Shown here one piece after another: positions 1 to 9,112 of a stretch of DNA of 64,000 nucleotides (its first letter is position 1; the number at the start of each line of letters is the position of its first letter). Made by a program: the position numbers and the translations under genes. Origin of the DNA: Candidatus Hydrogenedentota bacterium (lineage in GTDB: Bacteria; Hydrogenedentota; Hydrogenedentia; Hydrogenedentales; SLHB01); the NCBI GenBank assembly GCA_963745075.1, contig CAVUWV010000020.1, positions 172,280-236,279 on the forward strand. The letters run 5' to 3'. The notes under the pieces are model-generated. The model was not told the DNA's origin and did no database searches. It worked only from the letters and a program-made list of their open reading frames with translations.

Positions 1-109
1 TTCGTCCGCCGTAATTCAGAACCCCGCGCTCCGATTCAAATGAAACGGACTACTGGACGGAACGACCAAAAGCAGGGCGTTGCCGCGTAACCTCCATTTG
101 AAAGGAAGG

Positions 110-139
110 TTGATTCGGAAGGCCTTTGCCGGATATATT
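110..139 (+). promoter_or_regulatory. Possible sigma70-type promoter for gltA
   Basis: TTGATT (110-115), 18 bp spacer, TATATT (134-139), upstream of citrate synthase. Confidence 0.35.
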
Positions 140-271
140 ACAGTTCCTCTCGGAGGTCTATGGGCGGTGCGACACCCACGGCTTCCGGCACTGGGCGGAC
201 AACGCAAGAAGAACCGGTACGGGGGAGCGGCGTCATTGGGGGACGGAGCCTGTACGGAAACGGAGAACAGT

Positions 272-1546
272 ATGAGCACTGCGAAATTAATCTTCGAGGG
301 CAACGAGCACGAATTTCCGGTACTTGAGGGAACGGAGCACGAGAAGGCGATCGACATCAGTACGCTTCGTTCGGCGACGGGGGCCATCACTTACGACAAC
401 GGCTATGGCAACACGGGCTCGTGCAAAAGTTCCATTACGTTTATTGACGGCGAAAAGGGGATTCTTCGCTATCGCGGGTACCCCATCGAAGAACTCGCCA
501 CCAAGTCGAAATTTCCGGAAGTCGCGTATCTGCTGATCCACGATCATCTGCCCAATAAGGAGGAGTTACTGGAGTGGCGCCGGCAATTGACGAAACACAG
601 TTTCATCCATGAGGGAATGCTGAATTTCTTCGACCATTATCCTCCGACAGCCCATCCCATGGCCATCCTTTCCGCGATGGTCGCCTCGCTCCATGCGTTT
701 TTCCCGGGCTCGGATTCGGAAGATATGGTCGAGACCAATATCATGCGCCTTCTGGGCCAGGCAAAGACGATCGCCGCGTTTTCGTACAAGAGTTCACGTG
801 GGGAGCCCGTTCTCTACCCGAAAGCGGAACTGAGTTACGCCGCCAACTTCCTTCGCATGATGTTTGGCTCACCGGCCGAAGAGTTTGAAGTTTCCGAAGT
901 CCAGGAACGCGCGCTGAACCAGCTGCTGATTCTGCACGCGGATCATGAACAGAACTGCAGTACGTCCACGGTTCGTATGGTGGGCAGCAGCCATGCCAAT
1001 CTGTATGCCTCGGTTTCGGCGGGCGTCAGCGCGCTGTGGGGTCCGCTCCATGGGGGCGCGAATCAGGCCGTCATCGAGATGCTGGAACGGATCGTTGCGG
1101 ACGGCGGCGACTACAAGAAGTATGTCGAGATGGCCAAGCACAAGGATTCGGGATTCCGGCTGATGGGCTTCGGCCACCGGGTATACAAGAACTTCGATCC
1201 GCGGGCGAAGATCATCAAGAAGGCGTGTGACGAAGTACTTGCCGAAATGGGCGTTTCGGATCCGTTGCTGGACATCGCGAAGAGCATTGAAGAAGCGGCG
1301 CTCAGGGACGATTTCTTCATCGAGCGCAAGCTTTATCCGAACGTTGACTTTTACAGCGGCATCATCTACCGCGCCATGGGCTTCCCGACGAATATGTTTA
1401 CGGTGATGTTCTCCATCGGCAGGTTGCCGGGTTGGATCGCGCAATGGTTGGAAATGCGCAAAGATCCGGATGGCCGCATTCATCGTCCACGGCAGATCTA
1501 CATTGGTGAGAACGAGCGTACGCTTACGCCGGTCAACAAGCGATAG
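272..1546 (+). CDS. gltA: Citrate synthase (type II)
   Basis: Motifs GILRYRGYPIEEL, LHADHEQNCSTSTVR, GPLHGGANQAV, GFGHRVYKNFDPRA, LYPNVDFYSG. ATG at 272 follows a GGAGA RBS; the ORF track's 80 start is an upstream extension. Confidence 0.97.
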   Translation: MSTAKLIFEGNEHEFPVLEGTEHEKAIDISTLRSATGAITYDNGYGNTGSCKSSITFIDGEKGILRYRGYPIEELATKSKFPEVAYLLIHDHLPNKEELLEWRRQLTKHSFIHEGMLNFFDHYPPTAHPMAILSAMVASLHAFFPGSDSEDMVETNIMRLLGQAKTIAAFSYKSSRGEPVLYPKAELSYAANFLRMMFGSPAEEFEVSEVQERALNQLLILHADHEQNCSTSTVRMVGSSHANLYASVSAGVSALWGPLHGGANQAVIEMLERIVADGGDYKKYVEMAKHKDSGFRLMGFGHRVYKNFDPRAKIIKKACDEVLAEMGVSDPLLDIAKSIEEAALRDDFFIERKLYPNVDFYSGIIYRAMGFPTNMFTVMFSIGRLPGWIAQWLEMRKDPDGRIHRPRQIYIGENERTLTPVNKR

Positions 1547-1613
1547 CATCGGAGAGTTGTTGCCGGCCGTGCGCGATGGATCCCGGGCCGCTTCCCGGAT
1601 CGCGTGAGGGGGT

Positions 1614-3494
1614 ATGGGCGTCGATTCGGTTACCGTGACCTTTGAGCCGCAAGGCCGGGCCGTGCGCGTGCACCCGGGGGTGACGGTGCGAGAAGCAGCA
1701 GCCCGGGCGGGGGTCTTTCTGGACTATCCGTGTGGGGGGCAGGGCACCTGTGGCAAGTGCCGCGTTCGGATGTCGGCGGATTCGGGGCAATTGACCTCTG
1801 TCGAGCGCGACCTCCTGCCGGAATCGGAACGGCGACATGGCATGCGGCTGGCGTGTCAATGTGTGGTCAAGGATTCTTTGACTGTTACCGTGCCGGAAAC
1901 CTCGCTTCTCGCGTCGTCCTACAAGATCCTTTCCGAAGCGTCGGCCACGACGCACGCGGCCGACGATCCGCCGATACGAAAGCAATTGGTAAACCTCCCG
2001 ACTCCAGTATTGGCCGACGATTGCGCGGATTTCGAACGGCTGCAACGGGTCCTGGGACCTGTCTCGGCCGACCTCGATTTGCTGGCGGCATTACCGGCCT
2101 TCCTTCGCACACATGGGTTTTCAGGAACGGCAGTTGTCGCGGACGGTCGCCTCCTCGATGTGGAATCTGACGATACGGCGGCATCGTGCCACGTGGCGGC
2201 GGTGGACATCGGCACCACGACGCTGGTGGCGGCGTTGCTCGATTTGGTTACGGGAAATGAGCTTGCCCGCGTGTCGCGGATGAATCCCCAAACGAGCCTG
2301 GGGGACGACGTGCTTACCCGGATTCTGCATGCCCGCGAGGGCGGCGACGGGCTTCGGGAATTGCAGCGCGACGTGGTCTTGGCGGTGGATGCAATGTTGG
2401 CCGAACTCGCAGCGCAGGCCGGTATTCACGCCGCTGACATTTACGAAGTCACGGTCGCGGGAAACACCACGATGCAGCATTTGTTCGCTGGTCTGGATCC
2501 GAGCGCTCTTGGCGAGATCCCCTTTGCACCGGCCATCAGCGCGCCGATGCAGATTCCCGCCGAAGGGCTGGGGTTGACGATCCACGCGCGGGGAATCGTG
2601 CATGTTTTTCCAGTCATCGGTGGTTTTGTCGGCGGAGACACGGTGGCGGGCTTGCTCGCTACGGACTTGGATCAGGCGGCTGCGCCAACGTTGCTCATCG
2701 ACATCGGAACCAACGGGGAACTGGTTCTCCAGAAAGACGGGGAATTGTGGGCTACATCCTGCGCGGCAGGCCCGGCATTCGAGGGCGCCCGCATCGCCCA
2801 CGGTATGCGCGCGGCGGCCGGCGCGATCGAGTCCGTGTCCTTTAACGGAGACGTACGGTGTGAAACAATTGGAGACGCGACGCCGGTCGGCATCTGCGGT
2901 TCGGGGTTGATCGACGCGGCGGCTGGTTTGCTGCGATCGGGTATCGTCCTTCCTCAAGGTTTGATGCTGGACCGGGACCAGGCGCCGGAGACCGTACCGG
3001 CATCGATTCGTGAACGAATCGTTGACGGGCCGAAGGGTCCCGAGTTCGTGTTGGTGTCGGGCCACGAATCTGCAACGGGACATCCGATCGTGATTACGCA
3101 GGTGGACATGCGCGAACTGCAACTTGCGACCGCCGCCATTCGATCCGGCACGGCGATATTGCTGAAGCGGGCCGGTATTGGCGCCTCCGATTTACAGCAC
3201 GTGCTTGTCGCCGGCGCCTTTGGGAACTACGTGCGCTGTGAGAACGCACAGCGCATCGGGTTGCTGCCACACAATGTTGCGCCGTCTCGCCTGACCTTTG
3301 TCGGCAACGCATCCCTGGCGGGAGCGCGCCGGGCGGCGGTTTCTTCCGGGGCGCGGGGATTGGCGGAGTCCTTGGCGCGGCGTACGCGGCACATCGACTT
3401 ATCCCTGGATCCGGAGTTCCACGAAACCTACGTGGAATGCATGTTCTTTCCCGAGGACGAAGCTACAGAAACGTTGCCCGCGGACCATCCATAA
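1614..3494 (+). CDS. ASKHA-domain protein with N-terminal [2Fe-2S] ferredoxin (RACo-type reductive activator of corrinoid proteins)
   Basis: CGGQGTCGKC...RLACQ ferredoxin motif; VDIGTTT, GNTTMQHL, GGFVGGD, IDIGTNGE, CAAGPAFEG, GICGSGLID, AGAFG and GNASLAGA motifs. Confidence 0.92.
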   Translation: MGVDSVTVTFEPQGRAVRVHPGVTVREAAARAGVFLDYPCGGQGTCGKCRVRMSADSGQLTSVERDLLPESERRHGMRLACQCVVKDSLTVTVPETSLLASSYKILSEASATTHAADDPPIRKQLVNLPTPVLADDCADFERLQRVLGPVSADLDLLAALPAFLRTHGFSGTAVVADGRLLDVESDDTAASCHVAAVDIGTTTLVAALLDLVTGNELARVSRMNPQTSLGDDVLTRILHAREGGDGLRELQRDVVLAVDAMLAELAAQAGIHAADIYEVTVAGNTTMQHLFAGLDPSALGEIPFAPAISAPMQIPAEGLGLTIHARGIVHVFPVIGGFVGGDTVAGLLATDLDQAAAPTLLIDIGTNGELVLQKDGELWATSCAAGPAFEGARIAHGMRAAAGAIESVSFNGDVRCETIGDATPVGICGSGLIDAAAGLLRSGIVLPQGLMLDRDQAPETVPASIRERIVDGPKGPEFVLVSGHESATGHPIVITQVDMRELQLATAAIRSGTAILLKRAGIGASDLQHVLVAGAFGNYVRCENAQRIGLLPHNVAPSRLTFVGNASLAGARRAAVSSGARGLAESLARRTRHIDLSLDPEFHETYVECMFFPEDEATETLPADHP

Positions 3495-4073
3495 TCTCGA
3501 AGAGGTTGTGCCCGATCGGAACGCAGGAGGCGATCCAGCCAAACGATCGGCAAACCCAGGACGTTCTGGTAACATCCGTCATACGCCGCGACCAGGAGAC
3601 TGCCGGGGCCATCCACCGTGTACGCGCCCGCGCGATCGATCGGCTTCACGGCGTGAACGAAGTGGGTGATTTCATCCTCGTGAAGCTCGCGAAACGTCAC
3701 CCGGGTGGTTTCACTGCCTCTCCACGTGCCGGCCCGTTTGCGTGTCAACGACCGCGAGACCGGTGATGACCTCATGGGTGCGGCCGGACAATTGGGTGAG
3801 CATCGCGCGCGCGTCGTCCAAATCGCGTGGCTTTGAGAGGATTTGATCGCCGAGAAAGACCAGCGTATCGGCGGCGATGACGAGGGCAGGTCCGTCGATT
3901 CCGCGCGCGACGCCGTCGCGTTTTGCCACGGCGTTGGCAATCACGATTTCTGCGGGAACTTCCCCGTCGTCGACCTCCTCTACCCCGCTCTTCACGACCG
4001 TTACGTCGATGCCTAACGCGGAGAGCAGTGCGTAACGCCGCGGGGATGCGGATGCGAGAACGATAGGGATCAC
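3463..4073 (-). CDS. maf: Maf family nucleoside triphosphate pyrophosphatase (frameshifted near 3715, probably also near 3515)
   Basis: IVLASASPRR, IAADTLV and LSGRTHEVITG in ORF 3711-4115 continue as TTRVTFREL...DRAGAY...GCYQNVLGLP in ORF 3428-3940. GTG at 4073 overlaps the upstream stop; the 3' end is uncertain. Confidence 0.85.
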
Positions 4074-4819
4074 GGCGCGGGCTCGGCGGTCGCGCCGGCC
4101 TCTACGGGAATCCATTTTCCTCCCGGGCCCACTTGTTCCACGTTTTCTTCGTTTTCGATAATCATGGTGCCTTCGGGCAGGTCGATGCGAGCGGCGGCAT
4201 CGCCGGCCGCATCGTTGATTTTGAAGTCATCGACGGAGATCTCGACATTCGATTCGGCATCGTTGATTACATGAATGCGGCAAGGGAGCAGATCGTCGCC
4301 CCGGAGATACAGGGCGATTTCCTGAAACAACGGCGCCACGCTTTCGTCTGTCGAACCGGCGGCGCCGGATGGCTCGGCCGGGAGTGGCAGCAACCGCAAT
4401 CCTTCTTCGCCACAGGTCGACGGGTCCGGATCGAAGAGTTCGATTGAATACGCGTCGCGCAACCGATTGGTATCACTGTCAAACCCGAGAAAGAGGGCTT
4501 CCAGTTGGGGATCGTCGTCGAGATCGTAGACTTGGACCTGTTCGAGCTCGACGTTGTATTGATAGACGCGATTGCCATCGACGAGGTAGGTCACCTCGGG
4601 ATCGAGATACCGCAGCATAATCCGGCGCGGTTTCTGGTAGACGATATATCCGATCGTGCGCGTGGTCTCGTCGGGCGTGACGGTGTCCTGCACGAATCGC
4701 GCTTCCAGTCGTTCGATAGGTTCCCGTTTCTTCGCGAAATCCGCGAAGAACTCATCGACAGTCGGCGCCGTGGTACTCGCAGCAACCGCGAATATTGCGG
4801 CCAGCGATAGAAATCTCAT
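4070..4819 (-). CDS. lolA: Outer-membrane lipoprotein carrier protein LolA family
   Basis: Signal peptide; pattern ARFVQ...G.IVYQKP..IMLRYLDP....LVDGNRVYQY..ELEQV. Confidence 0.75.
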   Translation of the reverse strand: MRFLSLAAIFAVAASTTAPTVDEFFADFAKKREPIERLEARFVQDTVTPDETTRTIGYIVYQKPRRIMLRYLDPEVTYLVDGNRVYQYNVELEQVQVYDLDDDPQLEALFLGFDSDTNRLRDAYSIELFDPDPSTCGEEGLRLLPLPAEPSGAAGSTDESVAPLFQEIALYLRGDDLLPCRIHVINDAESNVEISVDDFKINDAAGDAAARIDLPEGTMIIENEENVEQVGPGGKWIPVEAGATAEPAP

Positions 4820-5655
4820 GGAAAGCGGCCCTCCGGGGACTCGTCGGGGTCGACTTCCACATCCTCCCGGATGGGTGGCGTCTCGTCGACCAGTTCTTCC
4901 AACCCGTCCAGGATATGATCCCCGGAATCGACTTCGAGTTCCGCGTCGTCTTCCGCCGGCGCTTCGGCATCCGAGGGCGTTTCGGCGTCAGAGGGGTCTT
5001 CCAGGTCCGAGTCGTCTGTATTGTCGGACTCCTGCGGATCGGCGACCGGCGCATCTGCGGCCGCCAATTGTGCGGTTGCAGCCGGTTCGTGATGTTCCAA
5101 GAGGTCATCGGGCTCACCGGCCTCGAAGAAGCTGGTGGGGGTCTGTACGGCGTCTTCGGGCACGAGGCTGTCGATCAGTTTCCGATGGGTCTCCAGAATA
5201 GCCATCATTTCCACGCGGAGCCGCGAACGTTGTTGTTCGAGGATGTGAATGTCGCGGGTCAGGGCGGCGGGAACCCGGGAAACCGCGAGTTGGGCCTGGG
5301 CTTTCTTCAATCGGGCTTCCTCGACGATAACGTGGGCCTCGCGCTTGGCGGAGTCGAGCACGTCGTCGCCAAATCGTTGCGCCGAGACGAGGGCGTTGCG
5401 CAGGGTGGTCTCGACTTCTTTCAGTTCCGCCATGGCCTTTCGTTGTTCCTCGGCCTTGTCCTTCAATACGCGCACCTGAACGATCAGATTTTCCACGGCG
5501 TCGGCGACGTGTTCCAGGAAATCGTCCACTTCGCGCCGGTCGTACCCGCCGAAGTGGCTGCGCCTAAACTGTTTCGCGAAAATGTCGCTGGGCGTCAGGG
5601 CGTGCTCGTCGCCCAGGACTTCCTCGACAATCTTGTCATCGCTATTCATGTGCAT
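4816..5655 (-). CDS. DivIVA-domain protein with acidic C-terminal tail
   Basis: LTPSDIFAKQFRRSHFGGYDRREVDDFLE DivIVA N-terminal motif, coiled coil (AKREAHVIVEEAR), then an Asp/Glu-rich tail. Confidence 0.88.
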   Translation of the reverse strand: MHMNSDDKIVEEVLGDEHALTPSDIFAKQFRRSHFGGYDRREVDDFLEHVADAVENLIVQVRVLKDKAEEQRKAMAELKEVETTLRNALVSAQRFGDDVLDSAKREAHVIVEEARLKKAQAQLAVSRVPAALTRDIHILEQQRSRLRVEMMAILETHRKLIDSLVPEDAVQTPTSFFEAGEPDDLLEHHEPAATAQLAAADAPVADPQESDNTDDSDLEDPSDAETPSDAEAPAEDDAELEVDSGDHILDGLEELVDETPPIREDVEVDPDESPEGRFP

Positions 5656-5718
5656 CGCTCCCTACGCCGGAATTCTCACACGCACCCGACGTTGGATCTG
5701 TAACGTCAAGGCGATCCT

Positions 5719-6528
5719 TCACTGCCCCAGTTCACGCGAACGTTCGACGGCCGCATTCACGGCCGCTTTGACCAGATTCTCCAATCCGTCCGCGGCGAAT
5801 TGTTTCAACGCGGCTTCGGTGGTGCCTCCCTTGGACGTAACCCGCTCGCGCAGTGTCGCGGCCGATTCGCCGGAATCGCGCAGCAGCAATCCGGCGCCGA
5901 CAAGGGTCTGGCTCGCAAGCCGGGCCGCCTGGGATTCGGGCAGTCCTTGAGCCACGCCGGCCCGGGTGAGCAACTCCACGACATAGAAGAAATAGGCGGG
6001 CCCACTGCCGCTGAGCGCCGTCACGGCGTCGATGAGCGGTTCGGAGACCATCTCCGCAACGCCGATGGAGCTGAAAATCGTGCGGGCCGTGCTTGCATCC
6101 TCTTCCGAACAATTGGGACTCGGCGCCAGGCCCGCGGCGCCCGCACCAACCATGGCCGGCGTGTTCGGCATGACGCGGACCACACGGAAATTCGCGCCGA
6201 TCCGATCCTGGATGAATTTGATCGAGATACCGGCGGCGATGGATACGATGAGCGTGGAGGGAGCCAGAGCCGATCGAATCTCGTCAAGCGCTTCGTCCAT
6301 GCTTTGGGGTTTTACGGCAAGAACCAGCGTGTCGCAGGCGCCGGCGAGTTCCTGTGCGGAACCATAGACGGTGAGCCCCATCACCTCGGCGGTCGTTTGC
6401 TTCTTTGGATCGAGGTCGAACGCGGCGACGTGTTTGCCGGCAATCGCGCCGTTCTCCAGAAGCCCGCCAGCGATGGCCCGGCCCATGTTGCCGAACCCAA
6501 GAAATCCAAGTGTGCCCCCAAGTGCCAC
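5719..6528 (-). CDS. proC: Pyrroline-5-carboxylate reductase
   Basis: GFLGFGNMG, LAVKPQ, SIAAG, RVMPNTPAMVG, TALSGSGPAY, VTSKGGTT. Confidence 0.97.
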   Translation of the reverse strand: MALGGTLGFLGFGNMGRAIAGGLLENGAIAGKHVAAFDLDPKKQTTAEVMGLTVYGSAQELAGACDTLVLAVKPQSMDEALDEIRSALAPSTLIVSIAAGISIKFIQDRIGANFRVVRVMPNTPAMVGAGAAGLAPSPNCSEEDASTARTIFSSIGVAEMVSEPLIDAVTALSGSGPAYFFYVVELLTRAGVAQGLPESQAARLASQTLVGAGLLLRDSGESAATLRERVTSKGGTTEAALKQFAADGLENLVKAAVNAAVERSRELGQ

Positions 6529-6559
6529 GGGTCGATCTCCTTTTCCGTCCGGACGGGCG

Positions 6560-7048
6560 CTAGCGGTCTGCGGCCCCCACCTCTCGTATCATCGCGACCG
6601 ATTCGCAGTGCATGAACAGATGGCACTGGATACAGTCCCGCTCCACTTTCTGCGGCAGTTCGTATCGGTCGATTTCCCGGAAACCCCGCCGGCCGAAGAA
6701 TCCCGGGGACTTGCTCAATGCGTAGACCCGGGTCACGCCGCGGTCGCACGCGTCGTCGAGGCAGGCCTCGACCAGGTCGATGCCGACATGGTTTCCCCGC
6801 AGGTCCTCGCGAACCACAAGGGCCCAGATTTCGGCCAATTCCGGCGTGTCAAGATGCAAGGCGCAGCACCCGCCGATTCCGTCCTCGTCGGCGTAGACGA
6901 AGAATTCGTGCAGGTTGTCGTAGAGTTCGGCGTGTGTCCGGGGCAACAGCAAGCCCCGCATGACGGCACGGTCAATCAATGCCTTCATGCCCGGCACTTC
7001 CGATACATCCGGTCTGCGAACTCTGTGTAGACTCAAGGCGTCTGTCAT
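6560..7048 (-). CDS. GNAT N-acetyltransferase (short ArgA-like amino-acid acetyltransferase)
   Basis: LLPR...ELY...GCCALH...LAEI.ALVV....RG..VG..LV...FF...GFREI....LPQKV.RDC.QC pattern; start taken at MTDAL (7048). Confidence 0.8.
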   Translation of the reverse strand: MTDALSLHRVRRPDVSEVPGMKALIDRAVMRGLLLPRTHAELYDNLHEFFVYADEDGIGGCCALHLDTPELAEIWALVVREDLRGNHVGIDLVEACLDDACDRGVTRVYALSKSPGFFGRRGFREIDRYELPQKVERDCIQCHLFMHCESVAMIREVGAADR

Positions 7049-7400
7049 GTCACCACTGCAGCCGATCGCCACGAACTGAACTCCCAGGGCCCGGGACACC
7101 CGGTTCGTCGCTGGGAATCCCGCTGAATTTCGCGGTAGTGTAGCATAAGGTGGGCTGGCTTTCGACCGGATCGCTGCGGCCGGGTCGCCGTATGGCCCGG
7201 AAATGGGGCGCGGTTCCCGTTTTCTGCGTTGACCCCGAACGCCGTGTCTGTCGATAATCGTGGCGCAACAGCGAATCGGTTGAGGTGTTTCTTGGCGCGC
7301 GGGCGGCGCGTCGTTTCGCGGAAGTTTCTCGCGCATTCAGCCACGGACGACGCTTGCCCACGGGATGCATCACGAGAGCGTAGAGGAGCGAGGACCGGCC

Positions 7401-9056
7401 ATGAGCTGGAACGCGATTGGGGTACGGCCGTCACGACGGCACTCCGCGGCACTGGAAGTTTGCGGCGTTGGCGGTTTGCTGCTTGTGGCGTTGATTCTAC
7501 GATGTATCCGGTTGGATTCCAGTCTTTGGGAAGACGAAGTGCTCACCTACCGGGGCGCCAACCAGCCGCTCGTCGACGTTTTCATGCACCGTACGCAGTT
7601 CCTGTATTACGTGCTCGCCCACTTCGCACTCAAGATTTCGGATACGGAAGCGATGCTTCGCCTGCCGAGCGTGCTCGCGGGTGTTGCGGGTGTCGCGGCA
7701 ATGTACGGATTTACGCGGAAATTGGCGGGCCGACGCGTCGCCTTTGTGGCCGCTTTCGCACTCGCCCTTTCGCCATATCACGTGGAAAAGAGTCAGGAGG
7801 CACGATTTTATGCTTTCGTCATGTTGGCGGATATTCTCCTGGTCTGGAGCCTTTGGCGGGCGACCAAGGGCGGTCACTGGAAGGCCTTGGCTGCCTTCGC
7901 TGCCGCGGCCAACCTGGGCATTGCATCGCAGTTTACGGTCGCACCGTATGTCGTGGTCCTGGCCATTGCCGCCGTTATTTGGATTGCGTCGATCGCGCGT
8001 GACTTGTCTCCGAAGCAGCGAACCAAGCGTATTCTGCATTTGGCGATGGCCGCACTTCTCGGGTTATCCTGCCTCGGTGCAAGCATCAACGCCCGGGGCA
8101 CCTTTCCATTCGTGATCGCTGGTGAAACGCATCAACTTGTTGGAACCGAGGAGGGAATTGCCAACGTGGGCGATGCCGGAACCTACGTATCCACGTATCG
8201 ACTGCATCTCCGCCAGTACCTCGGAATACTCTACGATTACGTGCCACGGCATGGCACATGGATCGGGCTGGTGTTTCTCTTGCTCATCATAGCGGGGGCC
8301 GCGGTTCTGGTCCGACGACAACGGCTCGTCGCGTATTTGATCGCGGTCCAGTTTATCCTCGTGCCACTCCCCCTGTTTTTCCTCGATGTAAAGCACTGGT
8401 ATCACGAACGGTATTTTTCCGCTGTGTACCCAAACTATGCCTTGTTCATCGCCGTGGGCGGAATCTTTCCGATCGAGCAATGCACACGCCTCGGACTACG
8501 GGGTATTTCGTTTCGCCGGTGGGATGCGCAACGCCTGCGTATGCTTGTGAGCACGATTTTGATCGTCATTTTCATGGTGGGATACGCGCGAGTCTCGTAC
8601 ACCCAATTAATTCATCAATACGAATATGGGCGGCTGAACGACTGGAAAACGGTGACCCGTTGCCTGGCGACCCAACTGGCGCCGGGGGACACCATCGGGC
8701 TCGCATTGCCTTCGGCATATGCAACCCGACAATTACCGAAGCACCAACAGGTGTTTTCGTCAACGCACGTCGCGCTGGAGTTCTATCTGCCGCGCGCTCT
8801 TTCCGCAGCAAACCCCGCAAATGGAGCGATATCGGCCGATGCGGTTCACATCGTCGCGGCGGGGACGAAGAAACAAATCGCGCGGTTGCGCTCCGACGCC
8901 CGGAAGGGAAACGTATACATTATTGTCGAGGATTACCGCGAGGCCGATCGTGCGCCCGACGAAGATCTCGAAAGACTCCCTACCGTTGATCTGATCCGGG
9001 CGCCGGGGCTCACCCTGCGAAAACTGGTTTCACCCGATGAGCCAATCGGGCAATAG
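7401..9056 (+). CDS. GT-C/PMT-like membrane glycosyltransferase (GT39/ArnT-like)
   Basis: SLWEDE, LRLPSVLAG, ALSPYHVEKSQEARFY motifs and many TM segments; GAGGA RBS before ATG 7401. Confidence 0.8.
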   Translation: MSWNAIGVRPSRRHSAALEVCGVGGLLLVALILRCIRLDSSLWEDEVLTYRGANQPLVDVFMHRTQFLYYVLAHFALKISDTEAMLRLPSVLAGVAGVAAMYGFTRKLAGRRVAFVAAFALALSPYHVEKSQEARFYAFVMLADILLVWSLWRATKGGHWKALAAFAAAANLGIASQFTVAPYVVVLAIAAVIWIASIARDLSPKQRTKRILHLAMAALLGLSCLGASINARGTFPFVIAGETHQLVGTEEGIANVGDAGTYVSTYRLHLRQYLGILYDYVPRHGTWIGLVFLLLIIAGAAVLVRRQRLVAYLIAVQFILVPLPLFFLDVKHWYHERYFSAVYPNYALFIAVGGIFPIEQCTRLGLRGISFRRWDAQRLRMLVSTILIVIFMVGYARVSYTQLIHQYEYGRLNDWKTVTRCLATQLAPGDTIGLALPSAYATRQLPKHQQVFSSTHVALEFYLPRALSAANPANGAISADAVHIVAAGTKKQIARLRSDARKGNVYIIVEDYREADRAPDEDLERLPTVDLIRAPGLTLRKLVSPDEPIGQ

Positions 9057-9112
9057 CAGGGGTCCCACGTTGGTGGATGCACCTGCATCGCGCAGTTTGG
9101 TAGTCTGGGTGC

